The notes below the pieces were generated by a model. It worked only from the letters and a program-made list of their open reading frames with translations. It made no database searches and was not told the DNA's origin. From a virus, in the IMG/VR virus record IMGVR_UViG_3300035660_000005, positions 14,298-78,297 of that record: a stretch of 64,000 nt of DNA; one strand, written 5' to 3'. Of the stretch, positions 55,875 to 64,000 are shown piece by piece. The first letter of the stretch is position 1, and every line of letters starts with the position of its first letter. A program made the position numbers and the translations under genes.

Positions 55875-56072
55875 CTACTTGCGGCGGAACAGAAGGCCGC
55901 CGATAACGTTGAGTGCCACTGCGAGTAGTACGCCCTGCCAGTAGGTTGCGTGTGGGCCACCAAACAGTGACGGCACCAGTGCGTTCCAGAGCAGCCAGCA
56001 GATGAGGCCACTCAAGAAGACCGTGCCGGCGACCAGTACCCCGATGCCCAGAAGGACGAAGAACGTCTTCAT
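55875..56072 (-). CDS. Small membrane protein
   Basis: Two TM segments; LWNALVPSLFG...TYWQ. Confidence 0.6.
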   Translation of the reverse strand: MKTFFVLLGIGVLVAGTVFLSGLICWLLWNALVPSLFGGPHATYWQGVLLAVALNVIGGLLFRRK

Positions 56073-56088
56073 TATACTACCTTTCCCC

Positions 56089-56541
56089 TCACAGGCGCAC
56101 ACAGACTGCGTTGATCCCCGACTCACGCATGTACCGTACGACTGCAGGGTTGTTGTCAATGTGCAGGTCGACGAACCGACGCCGGCAAGCCTCGGCCTTG
56201 CGTGTGGCAGTCATCACACAGGCACTCTCTGGGTCGCCGCTAGACCACACACACTCCACGTCGTCGTCACCGACGCACTCCAGTGAGTAGTCGCCCATAC
56301 CGTTGGCCCGCAACCACTCGCATGTCCACTCGTGCGCGATGGGCAACCGCCCTGTGATGATGACAACCTCATCGTCCAGCGTCACGAAGCGCGACGGGTG
56401 CGACTTGGGTAGTGCCCTCAGGTAGACACAACGCAAGTCCTCACCCGAGAGAAGGTGAGCTCGGTACAGAACGTGCGCCATCGTCAGTGTTGCACACGAC
56501 AGGTCGCAGAGCACACCGTCGAGGTCAAGACTGATCCTCAC
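56089..56541 (-). CDS. HAD-superfamily phosphatase / 5'-nucleotidase-like protein
   Basis: SLDLDGVL, IITGR, K and HIDN motifs. Confidence 0.8.
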   Translation of the reverse strand: MRISLDLDGVLCDLSCATLTMAHVLYRAHLLSGEDLRCVYLRALPKSHPSRFVTLDDEVVIITGRLPIAHEWTCEWLRANGMGDYSLECVGDDDVECVWSSGDPESACVMTATRKAEACRRRFVDLHIDNNPAVVRYMRESGINAVCVRL

Positions 56542-56876
56542 GACTTCGCCTTCCCTCGGTAGTCGAGGTGGAAGCCCACGGCCAGCTCGAGCCCTGGAGC
56601 GTGCAGACCGATGTGGAAGACGGGCACCGGGATCCACGCGGTGTACTTGCCGCCGCCGAAAGAGTCGACACCGATGGTCAGGTTGTTCAGGTTGAGTGTT
56701 ATGTGCGTTGGCCAGTGTAGGTCCACGTCCACGTAGAAGCCCAGCAAACTGAACTCCAAGTTGCGGAACTCACTGTAGTGGAGGTACTTGAACGGCCCCC
56801 ACCGCCACCCCTTCGCTCTCGGCTCAGCATCTTGTTTCTTGTCGGTCACGATTGCCTCCCTCTCTGTCTTATACAT
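56538..56876 (-). CDS. Hypothetical beta-rich protein
   Basis: ORF coupled to the HAD gene. Confidence 0.5.
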   Translation of the reverse strand: MYKTEREAIVTDKKQDAEPRAKGWRWGPFKYLHYSEFRNLEFSLLGFYVDVDLHWPTHITLNLNNLTIGVDSFGGGKYTAWIPVPVFHIGLHAPGLELAVGFHLDYRGKAKS

Positions 56877-56918
56877 CCGTCGGCGTGTTGAAGTTTACGA
56901 CTGAGGTTACGTCTGGCA

Positions 56919-57004
56919 ACGCAGCGTCCAGTCTAGCTGTGAAAGCGAGGCTGCGTCACTGGACGCAGCCTCCAACTTAGCTGTGGGTGTAGTGACGCTG
57001 CGTC
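56919..57004. repeat. Tandem pair of palindromic ~40-bp units
   Basis: ACGCAGC...TAGCTGTG...GCTGCGT twice. Confidence 0.75.
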
Positions 57005-57936
57005 TACCGCCGGTAGAACTCGCCCTCGGCCCTGAAGCCGTCACTGTACACTTGCACTGGAACGAGGTGCACCTTATTGTTGTACACGACGCCGTAGGTG
57101 AAAGCTTGCTGCCAGTTGGGAAATGCGGCGTACTCCATGTCGAACCGACACAGGCAGCCATTCTCGATGTAGCTGTGACTGCCACGAGCGTCGGTCCAGG
57201 AGTACGTGCTGAAGTGATGGCTGTGTCCGCACAATCCCGAGGAGCCGGTGGCAGTGGCCATGTAGCGCGACACGTTGATTGGGTAGGCTCTACTGGCAGA
57301 CGCCTTGTAGCCATGCTCGATGCGGTAGCCGAGGAAGTCGACAACACTTCCATAGTCCAGATGCTCGACCCCTACTTCATCGAGACCGAGTAGCGCCTCC
57401 AGCCTCAGTGCCCGTAGTCCCTGCAGCTCCTCCCCGAACTTCCAGAGCCAGCGCCGGAGCCTGTCCTCGTGGTTGCCATCATCTTCGATGCGCCTGGCGT
57501 TCGGGTTCGCCGTTGCTCGGTTGAACAGCCAGCGCCGAGCGGCGTCCAGCTCGTCCTGGAGTCTGAACCGACGCGACGGATTCTTGTCGAAGGTGCTGAG
57601 CATGTAGAAGTCGAAGATGTCGCCGTTGTAGACCTCGAGGTCGGGCTTGAAGTCGTCCCAGAAGTGTTCCACCGCCCTCAGCGTCCTACGGTCTTCGAAT
57701 GGGATCTGGATGTCGTTGACGACGATGATCTTGAACCCATTCGGTGCCTTGGGGATATGTAGCTCCCTGAACAGCCGCGGCTGCTCGAACTTCTCCTCCT
57801 CGTCCACGCGCCGGCGGGCGTTGCGAGCCTTCCGGGCACAATGGCACTGTGAGCAGTAGATCTGGTTGGGGGTGACCGGCTCGAACTCGTGGCAGCCGTC
57901 GAAAGTGCAGAGCATCTTACCGACCTCCCTCTCCAT
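57004..57936 (-). CDS. Calcineurin-like metallophosphoesterase with an N-terminal Zn finger
   Basis: NDIQ, NGDIFD, GNHEDR, EHG, GHSH and ENGCLC motifs. Confidence 0.85.
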   Translation of the reverse strand: MEREVGKMLCTFDGCHEFEPVTPNQIYCSQCHCARKARNARRRVDEEEKFEQPRLFRELHIPKAPNGFKIIVVNDIQIPFEDRRTLRAVEHFWDDFKPDLEVYNGDIFDFYMLSTFDKNPSRRFRLQDELDAARRWLFNRATANPNARRIEDDGNHEDRLRRWLWKFGEELQGLRALRLEALLGLDEVGVEHLDYGSVVDFLGYRIEHGYKASASRAYPINVSRYMATATGSSGLCGHSHHFSTYSWTDARGSHSYIENGCLCRFDMEYAAFPNWQQAFTYGVVYNNKVHLVPVQVYSDGFRAEGEFYRR

Positions 57937-58498
57937 TCAACTTGAGCACCTCGAACCACTCGGCCCGAGTGACCGGGTTGTTGAAGTACAGTCCCCGAAG
58001 GACGCTCGTTACGAACTTGATGTTCGGGTCCTTGGCCCCTCGGCACGCGACACAGTCGTGTGTAGCCTCGATGACGACAGCCACGCCCTGTGGCTCCAGC
58101 TTCTCCGATAGCACGTCGGCGATAAGGTTGCCGACGTTCTCCTGCACATCGGTGCGCTGTGATGCCCACTGCGCGAGACGCACCAGCTTGCTGATACCAA
58201 CGATGCGCTTGTGCGGAATGTATGCGACGTGCGCTATCCCACGCCATGGCAACAGGTGATGTGGGCATAGACCTGCCACGCTGATGCTCTTCGCGACGAC
58301 CATCTGGTTGACGCTAGGGTTGTTGAACGTGGTCATCGCAGGTGCCTCAGGAGGGGTGCTGAACAATCGCCACACCTCAGCCACGCGACGCGGCGTGTCC
58401 TTGAAGTGCTCATCTTTGACGTCGTAGCCGAGGTTGCGCAGTGCGGCACGAATGTGCTCGACTGCGGTGAGCATCGCAGCTTGTCCCTTTGTTCTCAT
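57917..58498 (-). CDS. folE: GTP cyclohydrolase I
   Basis: DTPRRVA, CPHHLLP, GISKLVR, QE and HDCVACRG motifs. Confidence 0.93.
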   Translation of the reverse strand: MRTKGQAAMLTAVEHIRAALRNLGYDVKDEHFKDTPRRVAEVWRLFSTPPEAPAMTTFNNPSVNQMVVAKSISVAGLCPHHLLPWRGIAHVAYIPHKRIVGISKLVRLAQWASQRTDVQENVGNLIADVLSEKLEPQGVAVVIEATHDCVACRGAKDPNIKFVTSVLRGLYFNNPVTRAEWFEVLKLNGEGGR

Positions 58499-58725
58499 CG
58501 TCGCTTCTCCTCGTAATCGCAGTGTGGGAGAGCCTCGACCCCGAGCGCCGTTGCTCGGTAGCGTGGCCTGCACGCATTGTCGTGGCACGCGAACTCGAGT
58601 CTGCGCAAGGCCTCGAGCGTGCTCACACGGATCCCCCAGTCGGTCGGCGTCTTGCGTTTCGGGTAGGCCTCACACAGCTTGGCGAGCGCGATGGCCTGTG
58701 GTTGGCTGATGATTATCAAGAACAT
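58495..58725 (-). CDS. Small wHTH-like protein
   Basis: STLEALRRL...ATALG. Confidence 0.45.
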   Translation of the reverse strand: MFLIIISQPQAIALAKLCEAYPKRKTPTDWGIRVSTLEALRRLEFACHDNACRPRYRATALGVEALPHCDYEEKRR

Positions 58726-59478
58726 CTACACGCCCCGCCGGTGACCCCACAACAGTACGTGAAGCTGTGGCAAGACCGCAATGTCCACAGAGTTGCGGTC
58801 ACCACACACGCGCTCGGCCAGCCGGCGGTAGCGCTCGAGAATGTCCTCGCGCGTGTCGTCACGCTTAGTCAGCACGGACATGTAAAGCTGGTCCGCGTCG
58901 TAGCTACATAGCACCATGCGTGCAAACTCGTAGTCGTCGTCGTTGTCCGGATCCACGACCACCTTGAGCACGACTTGCGGCGCTGTCCACCACGCGGCCG
59001 CCAGCCGGTTCATGAAGATGTCCAGACGCTCAAGGTTGCAGCACCCCATACTCGGAGGCTTGGGTGATACGGTGATTATGTCGCAGTCAAGTAGCCACTC
59101 GCGGTAGACTGTGCCCTGTGTCTCGACGTGCACGTTGAACCCCGACGTGTGAAGCAGGCGCACCAACTCCTTGAGGTCGTGCAACACAGGGTTGCCGCCG
59201 GAGAGCGTGACGTGACGGCAGAACCCGCACAGGGCCAACAGCTTTCGGCAGATCTCGTCGGGCGTCGTCCAAAGCCACTCGCCCTTGTTCTTGGGGTCGA
59301 CTGCGAACATTGAGTCACACCCTCGACACCAGCCGTCGCCGGCGCCATCGCAGTAGCCGAACCTCACGAACATGGTTCGGGCACCAGCCAGAACACCCTC
59401 GCCCTGTAGGGTCGGTCCAAACACCTCGACGACAGGGAGACGCTTCTCCACCGCGTACGGCACCTTGTCTTCACTCAT
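58726..59478 (-). CDS. queE: 7-carboxy-7-deazaguanine synthase QueE (radical SAM)
   Basis: EVFGPTLQGEG, FVRFGYC-x7-CRGCDS, SGGNP, VETQG, VSPKP and PQLH motifs. Confidence 0.93.
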   Translation of the reverse strand: MSEDKVPYAVEKRLPVVEVFGPTLQGEGVLAGARTMFVRFGYCDGAGDGWCRGCDSMFAVDPKNKGEWLWTTPDEICRKLLALCGFCRHVTLSGGNPVLHDLKELVRLLHTSGFNVHVETQGTVYREWLLDCDIITVSPKPPSMGCCNLERLDIFMNRLAAAWWTAPQVVLKVVVDPDNDDDYEFARMVLCSYDADQLYMSVLTKRDDTREDILERYRRLAERVCGDRNSVDIAVLPQLHVLLWGHRRGV

Positions 59479-59666
59479 TCGTCGACAACCTCCGACAGCT
59501 CGATCACGTCGTCGAAGGACTTCGCAGAGCGCTTGAGGTAGCACTTCCCGCCGTCGACGGAGATCGCGCCGCACCCGCACGTTACGAAGTCGTGCACGGA
59601 CTCGGACTCGATCGTGTCGCCGCATAGTCGACACTTGGCCACGTTGCGGATGATCCGTTGCGTCAT
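59475..59666 (-). CDS. Small Cys-rich phage protein
   Basis: CRLCGD.IES...HDFVTCGCGAISVDGG. Confidence 0.75.
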   Translation of the reverse strand: MTQRIIRNVAKCRLCGDTIESESVHDFVTCGCGAISVDGGKCYLKRSAKSFDDVIELSEVVDE

Positions 59667-60610
59667 AGTCCCGCTCCCTCGAGGTATTGCTTCACGAGCT
59701 CTCTCACACCGTCCTCTACGCCCTCGGTTGCCTCAGCGAGCAACGTCTCGATTGAGGTTGAAGAGCCAGTCACCAGGGCGTGTGTCAGTTCACGCGCGTA
59801 CGCCTTCAGGTCGTCGTCGTTGGCACGACCGGCCAGCTCGTCACTTATCAAGAACACCTGCTCTCCAGGCAACGCGCTCTGCAACACCACGACCTCCAAC
59901 CTGTCCGGCGGCGTCCACACCACGACTTGGACCGAGCGCTCCCAGTTGTCCGGTGTCCGCGCAACGCGACCCAACGAACCGAAGTTGACGAAGTGACACC
60001 CGTTCAGGACGTACTCACCGTGAACGGTATGGGCGTGCCCGTAGAAGCAGTAGTCCATACCGTCGGTGTCAATCGTTGCTGCTGGCGTATGCTCGAAGGG
60101 TGGCGTCGTGCCTGGTGGCATGATCATCTGGTGCACGACCTTGATCGCCACGTCGACCGCGAATTGCCGCGCCAGGGAGTAGTGCGTGAGGTCTGCGTCT
60201 GTCCGGAAGTGAGCCGGTGACAACTGCACTCGAAGGCCGTCGATCTTAACTGTGACGTCATCCTCGAGAAGTTCCAACACACCAGCTCGGAGCAGCACGC
60301 CGATGGGCTGTCGTGGCAAGCTGGCCAGGCCGGATTCGTTCATGTCGTGGTTGCCGAGGATGACGAGCACTCGTCCCGGCCATTCTCGGAACAGCTCGAT
60401 GAGCCGCTGGATCAGCGCGTGCGAGACGAAGGATGGCCGCTTGGTGTGAAACAAGTCGCCCGTGAAGATCGTCAGCTCACAGCCACGCTCGTGCGCGAGC
60501 TCGCGGCACTCCTCCAGCTTGGCCATGATCTGGTCGGCGTAGCCGGCAACGCGGCCGAGCGGAGGCCTGTCGGCGATGTGTGGGTCGTTGATGAAGAGGA
60601 TACCCATCAC
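59663..60610 (-). CDS. SbcD/Mre11-like nuclease
   Basis: DPH, GDLFH, GNHD, GHAH and NFGSLGR motifs. Confidence 0.88.
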   Translation of the reverse strand: MMGILFINDPHIADRPPLGRVAGYADQIMAKLEECRELAHERGCELTIFTGDLFHTKRPSFVSHALIQRLIELFREWPGRVLVILGNHDMNESGLASLPRQPIGVLLRAGVLELLEDDVTVKIDGLRVQLSPAHFRTDADLTHYSLARQFAVDVAIKVVHQMIMPPGTTPPFEHTPAATIDTDGMDYCFYGHAHTVHGEYVLNGCHFVNFGSLGRVARTPDNWERSVQVVVWTPPDRLEVVVLQSALPGEQVFLISDELAGRANDDDLKAYARELTHALVTGSSTSIETLLAEATEGVEDGVRELVKQYLEGAGL

Positions 60611-61179
60611 ACCTCATTACCCCACGCGTCCCAGCCAGGGGCGCGCTCACGTGCGAAGAGCTCTATCTTTGCCACGTCCGGTCCGACCAACATCTCGATC
60701 AGGTTGCGGAAGAGGTCGGGCTTCCTGCTGTGCTCCTCGCGAACGGCCGATCGTGCATTGACTATATCGTGACGCTGAATGAGTGATGCACCACGTCCCC
60801 GAACGCCCAACAGGCACGGCTCACCGTTAGAGCGCGTGTAGCTGCCGGTCCCCATGCAGAGTTTGCCCGAGGAAGGATGAACCTTCGTCCAGTAGAACGC
60901 AAGGGTCTTGTAAGTGAAGCCCCACGCCTCCATCACTTCGACCCAGTGAGGCATGAGTGGCCAAGTCGCCCACATAAACAACAGGCTTGGGTCGTCAGCG
61001 ATATCGACGACCGGAAGCTCCTTGAGTTGGGCGATGGTGAGTGTCGGGTAGTGTCGCACTGCCGAGCCGGCCGAGTTGCCCTTCGGACCAGGCTTCTCGC
61101 GGCGATCCTGGTACGCCCACGGCGGGTCAGCATAGACCACCTTGTAGAGCTTGGCCGGCAACGGTGCGAAGAACTCCAT
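60607..61179 (-). CDS. MT-A70-family N6-adenine methyltransferase
   Basis: YADPPW, HSRKP and IELFAR...GWDAWGNE motifs. Confidence 0.92.
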   Translation of the reverse strand: MEFFAPLPAKLYKVVYADPPWAYQDRREKPGPKGNSAGSAVRHYPTLTIAQLKELPVVDIADDPSLLFMWATWPLMPHWVEVMEAWGFTYKTLAFYWTKVHPSSGKLCMGTGSYTRSNGEPCLLGVRGRGASLIQRHDIVNARSAVREEHSRKPDLFRNLIEMLVGPDVAKIELFARERAPGWDAWGNEV

Positions 61180-61670
61180 CACAGACCTCGTTCGGTGTTC
61201 TGCCTTGCGAACGCCGCGATGCACGCAGCGTCGTACACGTCCTGCTCTTTGGGAAGCTCCGCGTACGCAGGACCGAAGACGAATCGAGTCGCCCACTCGC
61301 GCACCATGTCCTTGTCGGCGCGACCGTTGCCCACGGTCTGCTTCTTCCAAGTCGAGACGTTCACAGGTACCACCATGTGGCCGGCGCGCATGGCTTCCAC
61401 GAGCACAACGCCCACGACGTAGCCTACCTCCAGCGACGCTCGGTAGTTCCGTCCCATGGGTGGCTCCTCTACGTACACGACGAGAGGTCCGCCGTGCGCC
61501 GAAGACTTGAACCACTCGCGCGCCAGGTCGGCTAAGGCATGTACGCGCTGTTGCCACGGTAGCGTGCCCTTGACGTCGAGTGCCTTGGCTTCCAAGACGG
61601 TCGTCCCGAACAGGACCACGAACGCCAACCGCTTGGTCGAGCAGTCCACGCCCACGACGATCTCGCTCAT
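61179..61670 (-). CDS. RuvC-like Holliday junction resolvase
   Basis: VGVD, VYVEE, WKKQTVGNGRADK and DVYDAACIA motifs. Confidence 0.88.
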   Translation of the reverse strand: MSEIVVGVDCSTKRLAFVVLFGTTVLEAKALDVKGTLPWQQRVHALADLAREWFKSSAHGGPLVVYVEEPPMGRNYRASLEVGYVVGVVLVEAMRAGHMVVPVNVSTWKKQTVGNGRADKDMVREWATRFVFGPAYAELPKEQDVYDAACIAAFARQNTERGL

Positions 61671-61858
61671 GCTGCCACATCCGTCGGGACGAACGGTCTA
61701 CGGCCACAAGGCAAGTAGCCCTTGTCCGCGATCTTCTGCACGCCGAATGGACCCATATCGTTGAACCAGTGCCCGTTCTCGCAGCAGAAGTTGGTAGACA
61801 AGCCGCCACTCGGCCCCTCGTAGAAGGTCGTGCTGCCGCACTCACTACACTGTTTCAT
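61667..61858 (-). CDS. Small Zn-ribbon protein
   Basis: CSECG...GPSGGLSTNFCC. Confidence 0.55.
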   Translation of the reverse strand: MKQCSECGSTTFYEGPSGGLSTNFCCENGHWFNDMGPFGVQKIADKGYLPCGRRPFVPTDVAA

Positions 61859-62505
61859 GCTGTGCTCCTCCGACTCTTTATACGAGTGTACTGCGACACA
61901 CCACGTTCCTGCGTCACCTCGTACGCTATGTCAGCGACGTCCACGTAGGCGGGGTCGTGCGTTATCAACAGTATCTGCACGCCGGTCTCGTCACAGAGTT
62001 GGCGCAACAGTGCCGCAAGCTCCGGCACGTACTCAGCCGATACGTGAGCGAAGGCCTCGTCCAGTACGAGAATCCTCCTCAGAGGTGGCTGCGCAGCGAG
62101 CACAACCACCAACCGCAGCATGAAGTTCACGAGGTTGACGACGGTGCCGCCCTTCGCCTCAAGGATGTCCGTCTCGAGTCCACCCTGCTCCAGGTGGAAC
62201 TCGAGCGCCGGAACGCCGGCACGCGACTTGGACTCCACGATGAAGTGCGTCGGCTCACCGAGCACCAACGTCAGCCCGCGTGACACCATTGCCGTCAGGG
62301 CCTCCTCGAAGCCACGCCTCCAAGCGGCCTCCATGGTCGCGAGGACGGTCATGACCTGCTCCAAGTGACCCTTCTGCTCCTCGAGTGCGGCGACACTATC
62401 TGCGAGACGGTGGCGCTGCTCCTCGGCGTGCTTCGCGCGTCCGCTCAGCTCATTGGCCGCCGCCAGCTTCTGGTGTACAGGGTTGTAGAAGTCCTGTACG
62501 TTCAC
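61855..62505 (-). CDS. SbcC/Rad50-like ATPase, C-terminal part
   Basis: Degenerate signature AKGG, Walker B LVLDEAFAHVS, ITH. Confidence 0.85.
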   Translation of the reverse strand: MNVQDFYNPVHQKLAAANELSGRAKHAEEQRHRLADSVAALEEQKGHLEQVMTVLATMEAAWRRGFEEALTAMVSRGLTLVLGEPTHFIVESKSRAGVPALEFHLEQGGLETDILEAKGGTVVNLVNFMLRLVVVLAAQPPLRRILVLDEAFAHVSAEYVPELAALLRQLCDETGVQILLITHDPAYVDVADIAYEVTQERGVSQYTRIKSRRSTA

Positions 62506-62777
62506 GCCAGTGCCTCTCGTAACTCGTCGAGGCGGCCTTCCAACTCCTGGCGCAGCTCGGTGAGTTGCGCCTCGATGTCGCCGTCCACGTCGAAGCCGAG
62601 TTCGGTCAAGGTGCGCTCTGCCTCTTCTAGGTCACGCTCTGCGCGCTCCTTCTCTGTGGTCAACCGCACCATGGTCTCTCGCAGCTCGCGCGCTTGGTCG
62701 CGCAGTTGTGTGAACTCCTCAACCGTTCCAGCCATCATCATCCTCCGCACTTGTCTTCGGGTAGCTGGGCGCCGCAC
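62502..62777 (-). CDS. Coiled-coil protein (middle segment of the split SbcC)
   Basis: Heptad repeats between the two ATPase halves; start uncertain. Confidence 0.6.
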   Translation of the reverse strand: MRRPATRRQVRRMMMAGTVEEFTQLRDQARELRETMVRLTTEKERAERDLEEAERTLTELGFDVDGDIEAQLTELRQELEGRLDELREALA

Positions 62778-63673
62778 AGCGGGCAGGTCTTGAACGCACC
62801 GAGCGCGGTGGCCACCGTCTCGAGAAGTTGTGACGTGTCTCCGAGATCAGCGCACACGTTGCCCAACACCCTGTCGAGGGCGTCCCAACGTTGTACGGCC
62901 GCATGGGCGGCCTCGCAGCGTTGCAGTAGGTCATCGAGTTCGGCCAGGTCGCCGGCTGCCGGCAGCACACGCTTCGCGGTCTTGCGCGCCTGTTGCAACA
63001 ACACGGTCGCCTTCTCGGCTGCACTCAATCCGCTTTCGAGCTCCACGGCCTCGTCGTAGAGCCGGCCGGTCTGCTCGGCGCTCGTCTGCGCTATCTTGGC
63101 TCCTTGCGCTAGATGCGTGTGCTCCTCGACGGCCGTCTCCAGCGCTGCCCGGTCTCCCTTGAGCTGCGCTGTCGCACGCTTGAGGTCTCGTGACACGGCA
63201 ATCTGTGCCGACACGATAACGTCGAGGCGTGTCAACTTGGCTATGATGCGTGCAGCCTTACCAGGCGACTCGTCGAGCAGGAACGGCGGATCGAACTGAC
63301 CATGCACCTGTGGCATGACGCTCAGGCCCTGTTCGACCTCGATACGTCGGATGCCCAGCGCATCCGACACGTCCTCTGGAACGGCGCCGGCGAGCTTAAC
63401 GAGCTCCTGATCATCAAGAGCGTACTTGGCTGTCGTGCGATCCTTGACCCAACCGATGACGCGCCCGTCGTCCGTCACCACAGCGACAACACACTCGCTC
63501 TGGCCATGGCGGATGAAGTCACTACCGGTGCGGTTGAGTGCCAAGGCCTTGAGCGCCCGAACTGCCGCCGTCTTGCCCGAGTTGCCGGCGCCGACGATTA
63601 CGGTCAGTGGGCCGAATTCGAGGTTGGCCTCGGCGATGGACTGGAAGTCGCGGACGGCCAGCTCAGTTAGCAC
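62738..63673 (-). CDS. SbcC/Rad50-like ATPase, N-terminal part with Zn hook
   Basis: DFQSI, GAGNSGKT, Q-loop and terminal CPLCG. Confidence 0.88.
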   Translation of the reverse strand: MLTELAVRDFQSIAEANLEFGPLTVIVGAGNSGKTAAVRALKALALNRTGSDFIRHGQSECVVAVVTDDGRVIGWVKDRTTAKYALDDQELVKLAGAVPEDVSDALGIRRIEVEQGLSVMPQVHGQFDPPFLLDESPGKAARIIAKLTRLDVIVSAQIAVSRDLKRATAQLKGDRAALETAVEEHTHLAQGAKIAQTSAEQTGRLYDEAVELESGLSAAEKATVLLQQARKTAKRVLPAAGDLAELDDLLQRCEAAHAAVQRWDALDRVLGNVCADLGDTSQLLETVATALGAFKTCPLCGAQLPEDKCGG

Positions 63674-64000
63674 CTATCACCATGTAGCTCGGAACGGAGA
63701 GTCTTCCGCTGGTTCTTCTCGAAGGCACTCACCGCTTCGGGCGGCCAACCCGGCGTAGGCCAGAAGCGAATAGAGAAATGAGCTGTCGCGTACGCCTGAA
63801 ACTGCACCTTCTGCAAGGCGTGCAGGAGGTCATAGCTCCGGTCGGCTCGAGCACGCTCCATCTCCTCGGTACTTGGAAGCTCGTCGGGGTGCATCTCTCG
63901 AAACCTGTGGCTGAATATCGCAGAGCTACCGAAAGTATCTGTGTGGTTAGGCCGCAGCCGTCGGAGCATACTCTTGCCGTCACGCCGACCGCCCGAAGAC
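63667..64000 (-). CDS. Hypothetical protein, probably 5'-truncated by the window edge
   Basis: Open frame overlapping the sbcC start. Confidence 0.4.
   Translation of the reverse strand, partial: SSGGRRDGKSMLRRLRPNHTDTFGSSAIFSHRFREMHPDELPSTEEMERARADRSYDLLHALQKVQFQAYATAHFSIRFWPTPGWPPEAVSAFEKNQRKTLRSELHGDRC

Noticed and set aside
60607-61845. 412-aa version of the MT-A70 ORF suggesting an N-terminal fusion
   Set aside because: The extension overlaps RuvC in another frame; the real start is the ATG at 61179, coupled to the RuvC stop.
1-64000. Prophage boundaries or host flanking DNA, suggested by hpt, rnhB, clpP, folE and rpsU
   Set aside because: These genes are interleaved and translationally coupled with phage genes; no integrase or run of host housekeeping synteny is visible.

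Overview
This 64 kb window is a GC-rich fragment of a large tailed (siphovirus-like) phage genome. The host is probably a monoderm bacterium, but that is only inferred from the SipW/TasA-like protein, an apparently leaderless promoter and the lack of recognisable spanins. No integrase, DNA polymerase, primase or helicase lies in the window. From left to right it holds: small early genes; a plus-strand block (LAGLIDADG-like protein, RNase HII, QueD-like protein, HPRT, nucleoside 2-deoxyribosyltransferase-like protein, holins, endolysin); a minus-strand tail, neck and capsid module; and an ~8.6 kb divergently transcribed early island driven by repeated sigma70-type promoter cassettes, which splits the head module. 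Next come a 1425-aa polyvalent protein (nucleotidyltransferase + ATP-dependent DNA ligase + LigD-phosphoesterase-like + MBL-fold + XkdF-like prohead protease), MuF, virion accessory genes, portal and terminase. The right end carries ClpP, a dNTP diphosphohydrolase, QueD, bS21, an RNA ligase, a 22-member tRNA array with many non-canonical anticodon loops, FolE, QueE, SbcD, an MT-A70 methyltransferase, RuvC and a three-piece SbcC. The strongest candidates for new biology are (1) the protease-fused DNA end-repair polyprotein, (2) the mosaic promoter-cassette system, (3) the tRNA set with C33 in place of U33 and (4) a possibly pre-replicative 7-deazaguanine pathway. All functional calls come from motif recognition by eye; no database searches were run.
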